Program-made: the position numbers and the translations under genes
The notes under the pieces: model-generated
Seen by the model: only the letters and a program-made list of their open reading frames with translations
What the model was told of the DNA's origin: nothing
The model's database searches: none
Assembly: GCA_963721435.1 (NCBI GenBank)
Contig: CAVRJC010000003.1
Location: 8,183-72,182 of the forward strand
Source: an uncultured Actinomycetes bacterium
GTDB lineage: Bacteria > Actinomycetota > Acidimicrobiia > IMCC26256 > DASPTH01
Length of the DNA: 64,000 nucleotides
Reading direction: 5' to 3'
Shown: positions 21,554 to 34,483 of the stretch, piece after piece
How the letters are laid out: each line of letters opens with the position of its first letter
Position numbering within the stretch: the first letter of the stretch is position 1

Positions 21554-23067
21554 GCGTCCATGATGTCGGGCGCGTCCTCCGCTTCGACCATCGGCCACAC
21601 GGGGAGTCCGGGGACGGCCGAGTCGGGGCAGATCGAGCGGTAGCGACAGGTCCGGCACACTTCCGGATCGGCGATGCCGGCGTACACCGTCTCGGCGCGC
21701 ATCGCTTCGACGGTCGCGCGCAGCTCTTCCTCGATCGCGTCGAGGTCGTCGGCGTCGGGCTCGAAAGGCTCGGGATCCTCGCGCACGTCGGGCGACAGGT
21801 GCTCGAACGCGATCCGCAGCCGGAGCCCGCGAACCTGTGCGATCGGCGCGAGCACCCACGCCTGGAGTCGCGCTTGGCGGTCGAGGCTGAGCTGCTCGCT
21901 CCACACCTGACCGGTCTTGTAGTCGCGCGCGTCGAGGATCCCGTCGTGCACCCACAACGCATCGATCCGCGCGGTGGCCATGAACGGCGGCATCGGCTTG
22001 CGGTGGAACCGCGCCCGCGTGATCTCGTGGCCGAGCGCGACCGCGTCGGTGGGGCAGCGGCGCGCGTGGTTGGTGAGCTCGGCGTGGACGCGCGTGTCGG
22101 TCTCGAAGCCGTTCGCCTCGAGCGCTTCCCGTACGTACGCGTCGTCCTGGCACGACCCGGAGCCGTGGATGAACCGCAGGAGATCGTGCACCTGCTGGCC
22201 GTGCACCGTGTTGCCGGAGCCGTCACTCGACGGGATCGAGAGCACGTACGCGTTGCGCCAGTCGCGGCGGCACCGGTGCCAGGTGTCGAGCCCGGTGGGC
22301 GTGAGCGAGACGATCCCAGGCAGAAAGTCACGGCGGCTGCCGTAGTGCGCGCCCGACGGGTGCTCCGGGCACGCGGCGACGTACCCGCACCCGCGACAGT
22401 CGTCACCGTTGCTCGCCACGGGCTCGCGGGTGCGCTCGCGCACGATCTGCAGTCGCGCGTCGAGCCAGGTGGTCAGCTCGATCCGCTCGACTTCGGAGTC
22501 GACGACGCGCTCGCGCGCGATGCCGCTCACGAGGTCGGCCCACACGACGCGCAGTGGCGCGCCGTCGGCCCACTTGGTGAGCCGCAGCACCGCAGTGCGC
22601 ACTGCTTCGAGCTCGAGCGGATCGGAGGGGACGCGCGCGCCGTCCCAGAGCGAGAACTGGCGGACCTCCTTGGCGCCGTCGGCGTCGACGACCGCGAGGT
22701 CGACCCAGCCGCCGACGCGCACCGCGCGTACCGGCGACACGGTCGGAGTGTCGAGGTCGTGGTCCTCGTAGCGCACCGCGCGGTCACCGAAGAGCTGCAC
22801 GTACCAGTGCGCAGCCTGCGCGAGGACCGCGCGCTCCTCCGGCTCGAGGTCGGGGCCGATTCCCGCGAAGTCGCCGATCTCCGGTCGGCGCAGCTCGGCG
22901 TGCGTCTCCCGGGCCGCGGCGAGGAACGCGTCCCGGAGCCGTGACCGGTGCACCGGGTCGGGGGAGGCGTCGTCGCCCGCGAACGACTTCGCGAGCCTCC
23001 GTTCACACATGGTGTCGGCCCGCCGGAGAAGGTACGGAGTGACCTTCGGGAGCGCGCCACCATTCAT
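21550..23067 (-). CDS. Tandem PD-(D/E)XK (AddB/Cas4-like, Fe-S staple) nuclease-domain protein
   Basis: Domain 2 has C, HxxVH, E, RIDAL, DYKTG, CRTCRYRSIC. Domain 1 has C21, VDL, EVRQF, CRGCGYVAAC. Confidence 0.75.
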   Translation of the reverse strand: MNGGALPKVTPYLLRRADTMCERRLAKSFAGDDASPDPVHRSRLRDAFLAAARETHAELRRPEIGDFAGIGPDLEPEERAVLAQAAHWYVQLFGDRAVRYEDHDLDTPTVSPVRAVRVGGWVDLAVVDADGAKEVRQFSLWDGARVPSDPLELEAVRTAVLRLTKWADGAPLRVVWADLVSGIARERVVDSEVERIELTTWLDARLQIVRERTREPVASNGDDCRGCGYVAACPEHPSGAHYGSRRDFLPGIVSLTPTGLDTWHRCRRDWRNAYVLSIPSSDGSGNTVHGQQVHDLLRFIHGSGSCQDDAYVREALEANGFETDTRVHAELTNHARRCPTDAVALGHEITRARFHRKPMPPFMATARIDALWVHDGILDARDYKTGQVWSEQLSLDRQARLQAWVLAPIAQVRGLRLRIAFEHLSPDVREDPEPFEPDADDLDAIEEELRATVEAMRAETVYAGIADPEVCRTCRYRSICPDSAVPGLPVWPMVEAEDAPDIMDA

Positions 23068-23140
23068 CCGCGGAGCGTAAGCCTCGGATCGCGGGAGGGT
23101 CCGTATCTAGACTGCGGAAGTTGCCGTCGCAGGAGCGCTC

Positions 23141-23584
23141 ATGCGGATAGCCATCGGCTCCGATCACGCGGGCTACCGCTTGAAGGAGCACCTCATCTCG
23201 GTCCTGCACGACGGCGGTCACGATGTGATCGACCTCGGCACGGGGTCCGAGGAGCCGGTCGACTACCCGCCGATCTGCGCCGGGGTGGGCCGCGAGGTCG
23301 CCGCCGGCCGCGCCGAGCGCGGGATCGTGCTGGGCGGGAGCGGCCAGGGTGAGCAGATCTCCGCCAACAAGGTGCACGGAGTGCGGGCCGCGCTCTGCAA
23401 CGACCTCTACACCGCGGAGTACTCGCGGCGGCACAACGACGCCAACGTGCTGTCGATCGGCGCGCGCATCGTCGCCGAGGGGCTGGCCGACGAGATCCTG
23501 CGGGTCTGGCTCACCACGGAGTTCGAAGGTGGTCGCCACCAACGCCGGGTCGCCGAGATCCACGACATCGAAGAAGGTGGGTAG
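23141..23584 (+). CDS. rpiB: Ribose-5-phosphate isomerase B (actinobacterial Glu-type)
   Basis: [33 protein letters not shown]. Confidence 0.93.
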   Translation: MRIAIGSDHAGYRLKEHLISVLHDGGHDVIDLGTGSEEPVDYPPICAGVGREVAAGRAERGIVLGGSGQGEQISANKVHGVRAALCNDLYTAEYSRRHNDANVLSIGARIVAEGLADEILRVWLTTEFEGGRHQRRVAEIHDIEEGG

Positions 23585-24858
23585 TGAGCGCTGAGTTCGA
23601 CGCGTTGACCGCGACCGATCCCGAGATCGCCGACATCATCCGCCGCGAGACCGCGCGCCAGAACACCACGGTGCAGCTGATCGCGTCGGAGAACTTCGTG
23701 TCGCCCGCGGTGCTCGCGGCCCAGGGCTCCGTGCTCACCAACAAGTACTCCGAGGGCTACCCGGGGAAGCGCTACTACGGCGGCAACGCGGTGGTCGACG
23801 ATGCCGAGACGCTCGCCCGCGACCGCCTGTGCGAGCTGTTCGACGCCGACCACGCCAACGTGCAGCCGCACTCGGGCGCCAACGCCAACATGGCCGCCTT
23901 CCTCGCGCTGCTGAACCCGGGCGACAAGGTGATGGGCATGCGCCTCGACCAGGGTGGGCACCTCACCCACGGGTCGCCGGTGAACTTCAGCGGGCGCCTC
24001 TACGACTTCGTCGCCTACGGCGTCGATCCCGAGTCGGAGACCCTCGACTACGACGAGATCCGCAAGCTCGCGCTCGACGCGCAGCCGAAGATGATCATCG
24101 CGGGCGCGACGGCGTACCCGAGGGTCATCGACTTCGCCGCGTTCCGCGAGATCGCCGACGTGTGCGGCGCGCTGCTGCTCGTCGACGCCGCGCACATCGC
24201 GGGCCTGATCGCGGGAGGTGCACACCCGTCACCGGTGCCGTATGCCGACGTCGTCACCATGACCACGCACAAGACGCTGCGCGGCCCGCGTGCGGGTGCG
24301 ATCATCAGTCGCGCCGAGCACGGCGCCGCGATCGACAAGGCGGTCTTCCCCGGCATGCAGGGCGGTCCGTTGATGCACGTGATCGCGGCGAAGGCGGTCG
24401 CCTTCCGCGAGGCGCTGCAGCCGTCGTTCTCCGACTACGCGGCTGCGATCGTCACGAATGCCGCCGCGCTCGCGGCCGCGCTGGCCGACGAAGGGTTCCG
24501 CATCGTGTCGGGTGGCACCGACAACCACCTCATGCTCGTCGACCTGCGGCCCTTCGGCGTCACCGGGAAGGTGGCGCAGGAGGCGCTCGACCGCGCCGGG
24601 ATCACCTGCAACAAGAACGCGATCCCGAACGACCCCGAGAAGCCGTTCGTCACGAGCGGGTTGCGCCTCGGTACCGCCGCGGTCACGACCGCAGGGATGC
24701 GCGAGGCGGAGATGGGGGAGATCGCGGCACTGATCGCCCAGGTGCTGCGCAAGACGGGCGACGAGCACATCGCCGGCGACGTTGCCAATGATGTGATGGA
24801 GCAGGTCAACGACCTGTGCGCGCGCTTCAGGCCCTACCCCGACCTGTTCGAGCAGTAG
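23584..24858 (+). CDS. glyA: Serine hydroxymethyltransferase
   Basis: [36 protein letters not shown]. Confidence 0.97.
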   Translation: MSAEFDALTATDPEIADIIRRETARQNTTVQLIASENFVSPAVLAAQGSVLTNKYSEGYPGKRYYGGNAVVDDAETLARDRLCELFDADHANVQPHSGANANMAAFLALLNPGDKVMGMRLDQGGHLTHGSPVNFSGRLYDFVAYGVDPESETLDYDEIRKLALDAQPKMIIAGATAYPRVIDFAAFREIADVCGALLLVDAAHIAGLIAGGAHPSPVPYADVVTMTTHKTLRGPRAGAIISRAEHGAAIDKAVFPGMQGGPLMHVIAAKAVAFREALQPSFSDYAAAIVTNAAALAAALADEGFRIVSGGTDNHLMLVDLRPFGVTGKVAQEALDRAGITCNKNAIPNDPEKPFVTSGLRLGTAAVTTAGMREAEMGEIAALIAQVLRKTGDEHIAGDVANDVMEQVNDLCARFRPYPDLFEQ

Positions 24859-24870
24859 GCGAACCAGCTC

Positions 24871-26049
24871 TTGCCCAACTACATCCTCGTTGCGGGGATC
24901 GCCGCGGTCGTCACGTTCCTCCTCACCTTCGTGATGAGGTGGGCAGCACCACGGATCGGTGCCATCGCCATGCCTGGCCCTCGCAGCGTGCACACGACGC
25001 CGTTGCCGTCACTGGGCGGTGCGGCGATGTTCGTGGGCTTCCTCGTCGCGTTCGCGGTCGCGTCACAGGTCGACCAGTTCCGTGAGATGTTCACCGACAA
25101 CACGGAGCCGGTCGGGTTGCTCCTCGCCGCGGCGGTGATGTTCCTCGTCGGCGCGATCGACGACATCCGCCCGGTGTCACCGCCCGCCAAGATCGCCGGC
25201 CAGGTGCTCAGTGGCAGCGTGCTGTCGCTGCTCGGCGTCACCATGCTGTTCTTCCGGGTGCCGTTCGCGAACTCCGAGTTCGTGGTGCTGTCGCCCGATC
25301 TCGCGCCGCTCGTGACGGTCATCGGTGTCGTGCTGCTCGCCAACGCGATCAACCTCATCGACGGCCTCGACGGGCTCGCGGCCGGCATCGTGTTCATCGC
25401 CGCCGGCGCGATGTTCCTCTACGCCGATCGGCTGTTCAAAGCCGGCCTCCTCGGTGGCTCCAACATGGCGCCGCTCGTTGCCGCGATCACGGTCGGTGTG
25501 TGCGCAGGGTTCCTGCCGCACAACTTCAGCCCTGCGCGCATCATCATGGGCGACGCGGGCGCGATGTTCCTCGGCTTGCTCATGGCCACGCTCGTGATCA
25601 CGATCGGTGGCCGAACGTCGGACCCGTTCAGCGGCCAGACCTACTTCTACTTCGCGCCGTTGCTGATCCCGCTCGTGATCCTCGGCGTGCCGATCATCGA
25701 CACCGCGTTCTCGTTCGTGCGGCGCCTGCTGAAGGGGCAGAACTTCGCGCAACGCGACGAGGAGCACCTGCACCACCGGCTCATGCGCATGGGCCACGGC
25801 CCGCGTCGCGCCGTGATCATCCTGTGGGCGTGGACCGCGCTGCTGTCCGCGGTGGTGCTGCTGCCGACGTTCACCAACCGCGGCAACTCGCTGGTGCCGC
25901 TCGGCGTCGTGGGGATGGGGCTGCTGCTCTACGTCTACTTCCATCCGGGCGTCCGGAGCGTGCGCGAGGAGGCCGCGTTGGCGAAGGAGTCGGCGGCCTC
26001 CGACGACGTCGTTGCGCTCGACGAGCGCCGACGGAGGAAAAGCGGCTAG
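24871..26049 (+). CDS. Glycosyltransferase family 4 (WecA/TagO-like UndP GlcNAc-1-P transferase)
   Basis: GAIDD, NAINLIDGLDGLAAG, IMGDAG, HLHHRL. Confidence 0.9.
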   Translation: MPNYILVAGIAAVVTFLLTFVMRWAAPRIGAIAMPGPRSVHTTPLPSLGGAAMFVGFLVAFAVASQVDQFREMFTDNTEPVGLLLAAAVMFLVGAIDDIRPVSPPAKIAGQVLSGSVLSLLGVTMLFFRVPFANSEFVVLSPDLAPLVTVIGVVLLANAINLIDGLDGLAAGIVFIAAGAMFLYADRLFKAGLLGGSNMAPLVAAITVGVCAGFLPHNFSPARIIMGDAGAMFLGLLMATLVITIGGRTSDPFSGQTYFYFAPLLIPLVILGVPIIDTAFSFVRRLLKGQNFAQRDEEHLHHRLMRMGHGPRRAVIILWAWTALLSAVVLLPTFTNRGNSLVPLGVVGMGLLLYVYFHPGVRSVREEAALAKESAASDDVVALDERRRRKSG

Positions 26050-26075
26050 AAAGCAGAGTTCTGCGGGCCTCCGAG

Positions 26076-26105
26076 TTGCATCGCCGGAAATGCGTCCGCT
26101 AGTTT
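26076..26105 (+). promoter_or_regulatory. Putative atp operon promoter
   Basis: TTGCAT-N18-TAGTTT. Confidence 0.55.
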
Positions 26106-26121
26106 GAGAAAAGATTCACAA
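26104..26121. promoter_or_regulatory. Putative Rex operator
   Basis: TTGAGAA-AAGA-TTCACAA, one mismatch to TTGTGAA-N4-TTCACAA; overlaps the -10/TSS. Confidence 0.6.
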
Positions 26122-26163
26122 GCTCCCTGCGCAGCGACGCGCGGGGGTCTGAGGGGGAATCGT

Positions 26164-26424
26164 GTGGACGCCGCCGACGAGACGGCAAGAGAGCAGAAGG
26201 GGTACGGCGACGGGCTGACCCAGGCATTGACCCTCGTGGTCGGTCCTGTGCTCTTCGGCGCACTGGGCGCCTTGCTCGATCACCTGCTCGGTACCGCCCC
26301 GCTGTTCCTCATCATCCTCGGCCTGTTCGGCGTGCTCGCCTCCGCCGTCACCGCGTACTACGAGTACAAGGGCCGCATGGCGCTTCACGAAGAGGGGAAG
26401 CCGTGGGCACGACGCATGCGGTGA
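26164..26424 (+). CDS. AtpZ/AtpI-family small membrane protein
   Basis: Two hydrophobic helices, LDHLLGT.P motif; first gene of the atp operon. Confidence 0.75.
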   Translation: MDAADETAREQKGYGDGLTQALTLVVGPVLFGALGALLDHLLGTAPLFLIILGLFGVLASAVTAYYEYKGRMALHEEGKPWARRMR

Positions 26425-26873
26425 ACCCCCCCGTCGCCTACGAGGGCGAGATCGCGCGCGACCTCGTGCGGCGCATGCTCCTCGTCACGCCGATCGTGCT
26501 GCTCGTCGCCGGCGTGTTCCGCGGCCTCGACGGCCTCGTCAGCGCTTTGATCGGGCTCGTGCTGGTGGCGCTCAACTTCCTCGCGTCGGCGCGGCTCATC
26601 ACCTGGGTCGCGCAGCGCTCGCCCGGCGCGGTCATGGGCGTCATGCTCGGCGGCTTCGTCGTACGCATCGGCATCCTCTTCGGCATCGCGCTCGCGCTCG
26701 AGCAGGTGTCGTGGATCGACGTCCCCGTGCTCGTGCTCACGGTCGCGGTGGTGCACATCTCGCTGCTCACGTGGGAGACCCGCCACGTGAGCCTCACGCT
26801 CGGTGCGCCCGGCCTCAAGCCGGGCAAGAGCTACGGCCACGAGAGATTCGGCCAAGAGAAACTAGGAAGGTAG
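26421..26873 (+). CDS. atpI: ATP synthase protein I
   Basis: Four transmembrane helices; directly precedes atpB. Confidence 0.7.
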   Translation: MNPPVAYEGEIARDLVRRMLLVTPIVLLVAGVFRGLDGLVSALIGLVLVALNFLASARLITWVAQRSPGAVMGVMLGGFVVRIGILFGIALALEQVSWIDVPVLVLTVAVVHISLLTWETRHVSLTLGAPGLKPGKSYGHERFGQEKLGR

Positions 26874-26876
26874 GAA

Positions 26877-27650
26877 TTGCCTGTTCTCGGCGGTTTCGTG
26901 TTCCCACCGGTCGACGAGCTCTTCCGGTGGAAGGACATCTGGTTCGAAGGAACGCCGTTCGCGATCAACAAGACGGTGATCCTGATCATCCTCTCGTCGA
27001 TCTTCGTGATCGCCTTCATGTTCTCGGGCAGCCGGAAGATGAAGCTGCAGCCGAGCGGCATGCAGAACGTCGTCGAGATGACGTACGAGTTCATCGACAA
27101 CGGCATCACGAGAGACGTCGTCGGTCATGACGCGGAGCGGTACACGCCGTTCCTCGGCACCCTCTTCCTCTGGATCCTCTTCCTCAACTTCTGGGAAGTG
27201 ATCCCCGGCATCCAGTTCCCCCCGACGTCTCGCATGGGTGTCCCGGGGTTCCTGGCGATCATGGTCTACGGGATCTACCTGTTCGTCGGGTTCAAGCACC
27301 ACAAGCTCAAGTACCTCACCGGGCACCTGTTCCCGCCGGGTGTGCCGAAATTCCTCTACATCCTCGTGACGCCGATCGAGTTCGTGCAGCTGTTCCTCGT
27401 GCGGCCCTTCTCGCTCGCAGTCCGACTTCTCGCCAACATGATGGCGGGCCACATCCTGCTCACCGCGCTGTCGCTGCTCACGGCGTACGCGGTGAACAAC
27501 GTCGGCGTCCTCAAGCTCGTGGCGATCCCCGCGTTCGCACTGAACGTGGCAGTCACGGGATTCGAGATCCTCGTCGGCTTCCTGCAGGCGTACATCTTCA
27601 CGCTGCTCGCCGCCGTCTACATCGGCGACTCGCTGCACCCTGATCACTGA
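26877..27650 (+). CDS. atpB: ATP synthase subunit a
   Basis: RPFSLAVRLLANMMAGH, LQAYIF. Confidence 0.95.
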   Translation: MPVLGGFVFPPVDELFRWKDIWFEGTPFAINKTVILIILSSIFVIAFMFSGSRKMKLQPSGMQNVVEMTYEFIDNGITRDVVGHDAERYTPFLGTLFLWILFLNFWEVIPGIQFPPTSRMGVPGFLAIMVYGIYLFVGFKHHKLKYLTGHLFPPGVPKFLYILVTPIEFVQLFLVRPFSLAVRLLANMMAGHILLTALSLLTAYAVNNVGVLKLVAIPAFALNVAVTGFEILVGFLQAYIFTLLAAVYIGDSLHPDH

Positions 27651-27947
<297 letters not shown>

Positions 27948-27956
27948 GGGAACGCT

Positions 27957-28499
27957 GTGCTTGCAACCTTGTTCCTCGCTGCCGCGAAGGTGGAGGACGT
28001 CAAGGCCAAGAACCCGATCCTGCCCGAGGGCAAAGAGATCCTCTGGGCGTCGATCGCGTTCGTCATCGTGTTGTCGTTGCTGGCGTGGAAGGCGTGGCCT
28101 GCGGTGAAGGCCGGGCTCAAGGCGCGCCAGGACCGCATCGCGAGCGACCTCAGCAAGGCCGAGGAGGCACGCGTGGAAGCCGAGACCTCGCTCGAGGACT
28201 ACCGCCGTCAGCTCGCGGATGCGCGCAATGAGGCGGCCGGGATCATCGAAGAGGCCCGTCAGGATGCCGAGCGCGTGCGCCGGGAGCGCATCGCCGCGAT
28301 CGACGACGAGCTCGCAGGCATGCGTGCGCGTGCGGCCGAGGACATCCGGCTCGCCACGGAGCGGGCGATGAGCGACCTCTCGACGCGCGTCGCCGAGCTG
28401 TCGATCGAATTGGCCGAGAAGGTCGTCGAGCGCAACCTCGACCACGACACGCAGATCGCGCTGATCGAGAACTACATCAACCAGGTAGGGAGCAACTAA
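27957..28499 (+). CDS. atpF: ATP synthase subunit b
   Basis: N-terminal transmembrane helix, RQDRI, coiled coil. Confidence 0.93.
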   Translation: MLATLFLAAAKVEDVKAKNPILPEGKEILWASIAFVIVLSLLAWKAWPAVKAGLKARQDRIASDLSKAEEARVEAETSLEDYRRQLADARNEAAGIIEEARQDAERVRRERIAAIDDELAGMRARAAEDIRLATERAMSDLSTRVAELSIELAEKVVERNLDHDTQIALIENYINQVGSN

Positions 28500-28501
28500 C
28501 C

Positions 28502-29032
28502 GTGCCCGAGAGCTCGCGGATCGAGGCGTACGCCAACGCGCTCCTCGAAGTCGCGCGCGTGGAAGGCCACCTCGCAGAAGTCGAGGATGAGCTGTTCCGA
28601 TTCGCGCGCACCTTCGAGGGCAACGACGAACTGCGCATGGCGCTGAGCGACCGCGCGTTGCCCGCCGACCGCCGGGTCGCGGTGGTCGAGGAGCTGCTCG
28701 GCGAGAAGGCCCTGCAGACGAGCATGGCCCTCGCCTCGTTCGTGGTCTCGTCGGGACGCGCCGGTGAGTTCTCGGAGATCGTCGACCGGTTCGTGGAGCT
28801 CGCCGCCGCGGAGCGGAAGCAAGCCATCGCGGAGGTGCGCAGCGCGATCCCGCTCGACCAGGAGCAGATCGATCGCCTGCGGGTCGCGCTGAACCGTGCA
28901 ACCGACAAGGACGTCGAAGTGAAGGTGATCGTCGATCCGTCGGTGATGGGCGGCATCGTGGCCACCATCGGCGACATCGTGATCGACGGCTCCGTCCGTC
29001 ATCGGCTCGAGCAACTGAAAGAGCAGATCTGA
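28502..29032 (+). CDS. atpH: ATP synthase subunit delta
   Basis: [20 protein letters not shown]. Confidence 0.93.
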   Translation: MPESSRIEAYANALLEVARVEGHLAEVEDELFRFARTFEGNDELRMALSDRALPADRRVAVVEELLGEKALQTSMALASFVVSSGRAGEFSEIVDRFVELAAAERKQAIAEVRSAIPLDQEQIDRLRVALNRATDKDVEVKVIVDPSVMGGIVATIGDIVIDGSVRHRLEQLKEQI

Positions 29033-29033
29033 C

Positions 29034-30569
29034 ATGCCTGAATTGACCATCAATGCCGACGAGATCGCTGCGGCACTGCACAAGCACATCGACACGTTCA
29101 CGCCGTCGCTCTCGCAAGCCCAAGTCGGCCGCGTGCTCGAGGTCGGTGACGGCATCGCGCGTGTCGGGGGCCTGCCGTCCACCTCGGTGAACGAGGTGCT
29201 CGAGTTCGAGGGGGGAATCCTCGGCCTCGCCCTGAACCTCGACGAAGAGTCGATCGGCGCCGTGGTGCTGGGCAGTGCGAGCCACATCGAAGAAGGTGGC
29301 TCGGTCAAGGGGACCGGGCGCATCCTCTCGGTACCCGTCGGCGACGCGCTGATCGGCCGGGTCGTCAACGCGCTCGGCCAGGCGATCGACGGCAAGGGCC
29401 CGATCGCGACGTCGGAGACCCGACGGCTCGAGGTGCAGGCACCGGGCATCGTCGGCCGCCAGCCCGTGCACGAGCCGCTGCAGACCGGCATCAAGGCCAT
29501 CGACGCGATGACGCCGATCGGGCGCGGTCAGCGTGAGCTCATCATCGGCGACCGCAAGACCGGCAAGACCACCGTCGCCATCGACACGATCCTCGCCCAG
29601 AAGGGCCAGGGCGTGAAGTGCATCTACGTCGCGATCGGCCAGAAGGGCTCGACCGTCGCGCAGACCGTCGCCACCCTCGAAGAGCACGGCGCGATGGAGT
29701 ACACGGTCGTCGTCAACGCCCCCGCCGCCGACGAGGCCGTGTTCAAGTACCTCGCCCCGTACGCCGGCTGCGCGATCGGCCAGCACTGGATGGACCACGG
29801 CGAAGCCGCGCTGGTCGTCTACGACGACCTCTCGAAGCAGGCCGAGTCGTACCGCCAGATCTCGCTGCTGCTCCGCCGCCCACCGGGACGTGAGGCGTAC
29901 CCCGGCGACGTCTTCTACCTCCACAGCCGCCTGCTCGAGCGCGCCGCGAAGCTCAGCGAGGCGCTCGGGGGCGGATCGCTCACCGCGTTGCCGATCATCG
30001 AGACCAAGGCCGGCGACGTCTCGGCGTACATCCCGACCAACGTGATCTCGATCACCGACGGCCAGATCTACCTCCAGGAGAACCTGTTCCGCTCGGGTGT
30101 GCGGCCCGCGGTCGACGTGGGTATCTCGGTCTCCCGGGTCGGTGGTGCCGCGCAGGTCAAGGCCATGCGCTCGGTCGCCGGAACGCTGAAGGTCGACCTC
30201 GCGCAGTTCCGTGACCTCGAGGCCTTCGCGACGTTCGCATCGGACCTCGACGCGGTGTCGAAGGCCCAGCTCGAGCGTGGCTACCGGCTCGTCGAGCTGC
30301 TCAAGCAGCCGCTGAACTCGCCGATGCCGGTCGAGCTCCAGGTGCTGTCGGTGTTCGCGGGCACGAGCGGTGTCCTCGACGACCTCCCGGTCAGCGAGGT
30401 CAAGCGCTTCGAGACCGAGCTCCATGAGTACTTCAGCACGCGCTACTCGGGCCTCCTCGCCGAGATCCGCGACACCGGCGCACTCCCCGGCGACGACGCG
30501 TTGTCGGCCGCGGTGAACGACTTCCACGCCTCGTTCGTCGCCGGTCTCGCCGACGCCGCGAGCGAATAG
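29034..30569 (+). CDS. atpA: ATP synthase subunit alpha
   Basis: [35 protein letters not shown]. Confidence 0.98.
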   Translation: MPELTINADEIAAALHKHIDTFTPSLSQAQVGRVLEVGDGIARVGGLPSTSVNEVLEFEGGILGLALNLDEESIGAVVLGSASHIEEGGSVKGTGRILSVPVGDALIGRVVNALGQAIDGKGPIATSETRRLEVQAPGIVGRQPVHEPLQTGIKAIDAMTPIGRGQRELIIGDRKTGKTTVAIDTILAQKGQGVKCIYVAIGQKGSTVAQTVATLEEHGAMEYTVVVNAPAADEAVFKYLAPYAGCAIGQHWMDHGEAALVVYDDLSKQAESYRQISLLLRRPPGREAYPGDVFYLHSRLLERAAKLSEALGGGSLTALPIIETKAGDVSAYIPTNVISITDGQIYLQENLFRSGVRPAVDVGISVSRVGGAAQVKAMRSVAGTLKVDLAQFRDLEAFATFASDLDAVSKAQLERGYRLVELLKQPLNSPMPVELQVLSVFAGTSGVLDDLPVSEVKRFETELHEYFSTRYSGLLAEIRDTGALPGDDALSAAVNDFHASFVAGLADAASE

Positions 30570-30578
30570 CGGTTCACG

Positions 30579-33039
<2,461 letters not shown>

Positions 33040-33045
33040 TCCCCG

Positions 33046-33438
33046 ATGCCGCTCGCCGTGCAACTGGTCTCACCCGAACGGATCCTGTTCGAGGGCGAAG
33101 CCGAGATGGTCGTGTGCCGTCCCGTCGACGGTGAGATCGCGTTCCTCGCCGGCCATGTGCCCTTCCTCGGCGCGCTGCGCGACGACCCCGTACGGATCCT
33201 GATGGCCGGTGGCGCGGAGACCGCGGTGGCGGTGCACGGCGGGTTCGTCGAGGTGAGCAACGACCACGTGGTGGTGCTCTCCGACCTCGCCGAGCTCAAG
33301 GAGCAGATCGACGTGCCCCGGGCCGAGGCGGCCAAGCGGGCGGCGGAGGACATCCTGGCCCGCGACCCCGAGAACGAAGAAGCGGCCGCGGCGCTGGCCC
33401 GGGCCGAGACCCGCCTCAAGGTCGCCGCCGGCGCCTGA
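33046..33438 (+). CDS. atpC: ATP synthase subunit epsilon
   Basis: LVSPER, GHVP, AVHGGFVEV. Confidence 0.95.
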   Translation: MPLAVQLVSPERILFEGEAEMVVCRPVDGEIAFLAGHVPFLGALRDDPVRILMAGGAETAVAVHGGFVEVSNDHVVVLSDLAELKEQIDVPRAEAAKRAAEDILARDPENEEAAAALARAETRLKVAAGA

Positions 33439-33498
33439 TCCGCGCCTGACCCACACCCGACCGGGCGGCGCTCGCACCCCGTCACTACCCTGCAGCGG

Positions 33499-34441
33499 AT
33501 GCGTCGGGGCCTGCTGCTGTTCGTCGCGTGGGCCGTGGGACTGGTGCCCACCGTCCTGCTCCCGGTGGTCGCTGCCGGGAACTGCCGCGCAGGCAGCCAC
33601 TGCTTCGGCCGACGTCGACCCGTACCGCGGGCTCGGCGCGTGGGTCGACTCCTTCGACTACGCACCGCGCCTGCAGTCCAACGGCAACCCGCCGCCGGTC
33701 ACCGCTGCGAGCGTCGACGACATGGCCCGCCTGGGCGTGCGCACGTTGTACGTGCAGGTGGCCAATCCCGACGGCGCGTCACCCGACCAGCTCACCGACG
33801 AAGCGCAGCTGCGCGAGATCCTGACGCACGCGCGGACGTCGGGACTGAAGGTGGTCGCGTGGTACCTGCCGGGGCTCGCCGACGTCGCGCTCGACACGCG
33901 CATGATCAAGACGATCGTCGCGTTCCGCAGCGGCACCACACGCTTCGACACCGTCGCGCTCGACCTCGAGTACACGCAGGGTGAGCCCGACGTCACGGCC
34001 CGGAACGCCAACGCCGTCGAAGTGGCGCGCAACACGCGGAAGCTGCTCGGCACGAAGCGCGCGCTCGGCGCGATCGTGTACCCGGCGGTGCAGACGGAGG
34101 TGCTCAACCCCGTGCTGTGGCCGAACTTCCCGTACAAGAAGCTCGCCGAGTCGATCGACGTGTGGATGCCGATGACGTACTACACGTTCAGGTCCGATCC
34201 CTATCGTGACCCGTTCCGCTACACCGACGAGAGTGTCGCTCGGCTGCGCAAGCGGCTCGACGACGACAACGCGCCCGTGCACCCGATCGGGGGGATCGCC
34301 GACCAGACGTCGCCCGAGGACTACGTCGCGTTCCTGCGGGCGGTGAAGAGCACCAAGGCGATCGGGTACTCGGTGTACGACTTCAACACGACGTCGTCGA
34401 GCGCGTGGACGTACCTGCGCGGCGCCGGCCTTCCCGCGTGA
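33499..34441 (+). CDS. Secreted hypothetical protein, probably glycoside-hydrolase-like TIM barrel (apparent +1 frameshift at GGG 33577-33579)
   Basis: Removing one G joins the signal peptide to ATASADVDPYRGLGAWVD and ORF 33722..34441 (DLEY, WMPMTY, GYSVY). Confidence 0.55.
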
Positions 34442-34483
34442 CCGTCGTGCTGCCGACGAGCTGACGGCCCTCCTGATCGGGGT

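Noticed and set aside
21550-23067. CRISPR-associated Cas4 locus
   Set aside because: No repeat-spacer array, cas1/cas2 or effector genes are visible in the window.
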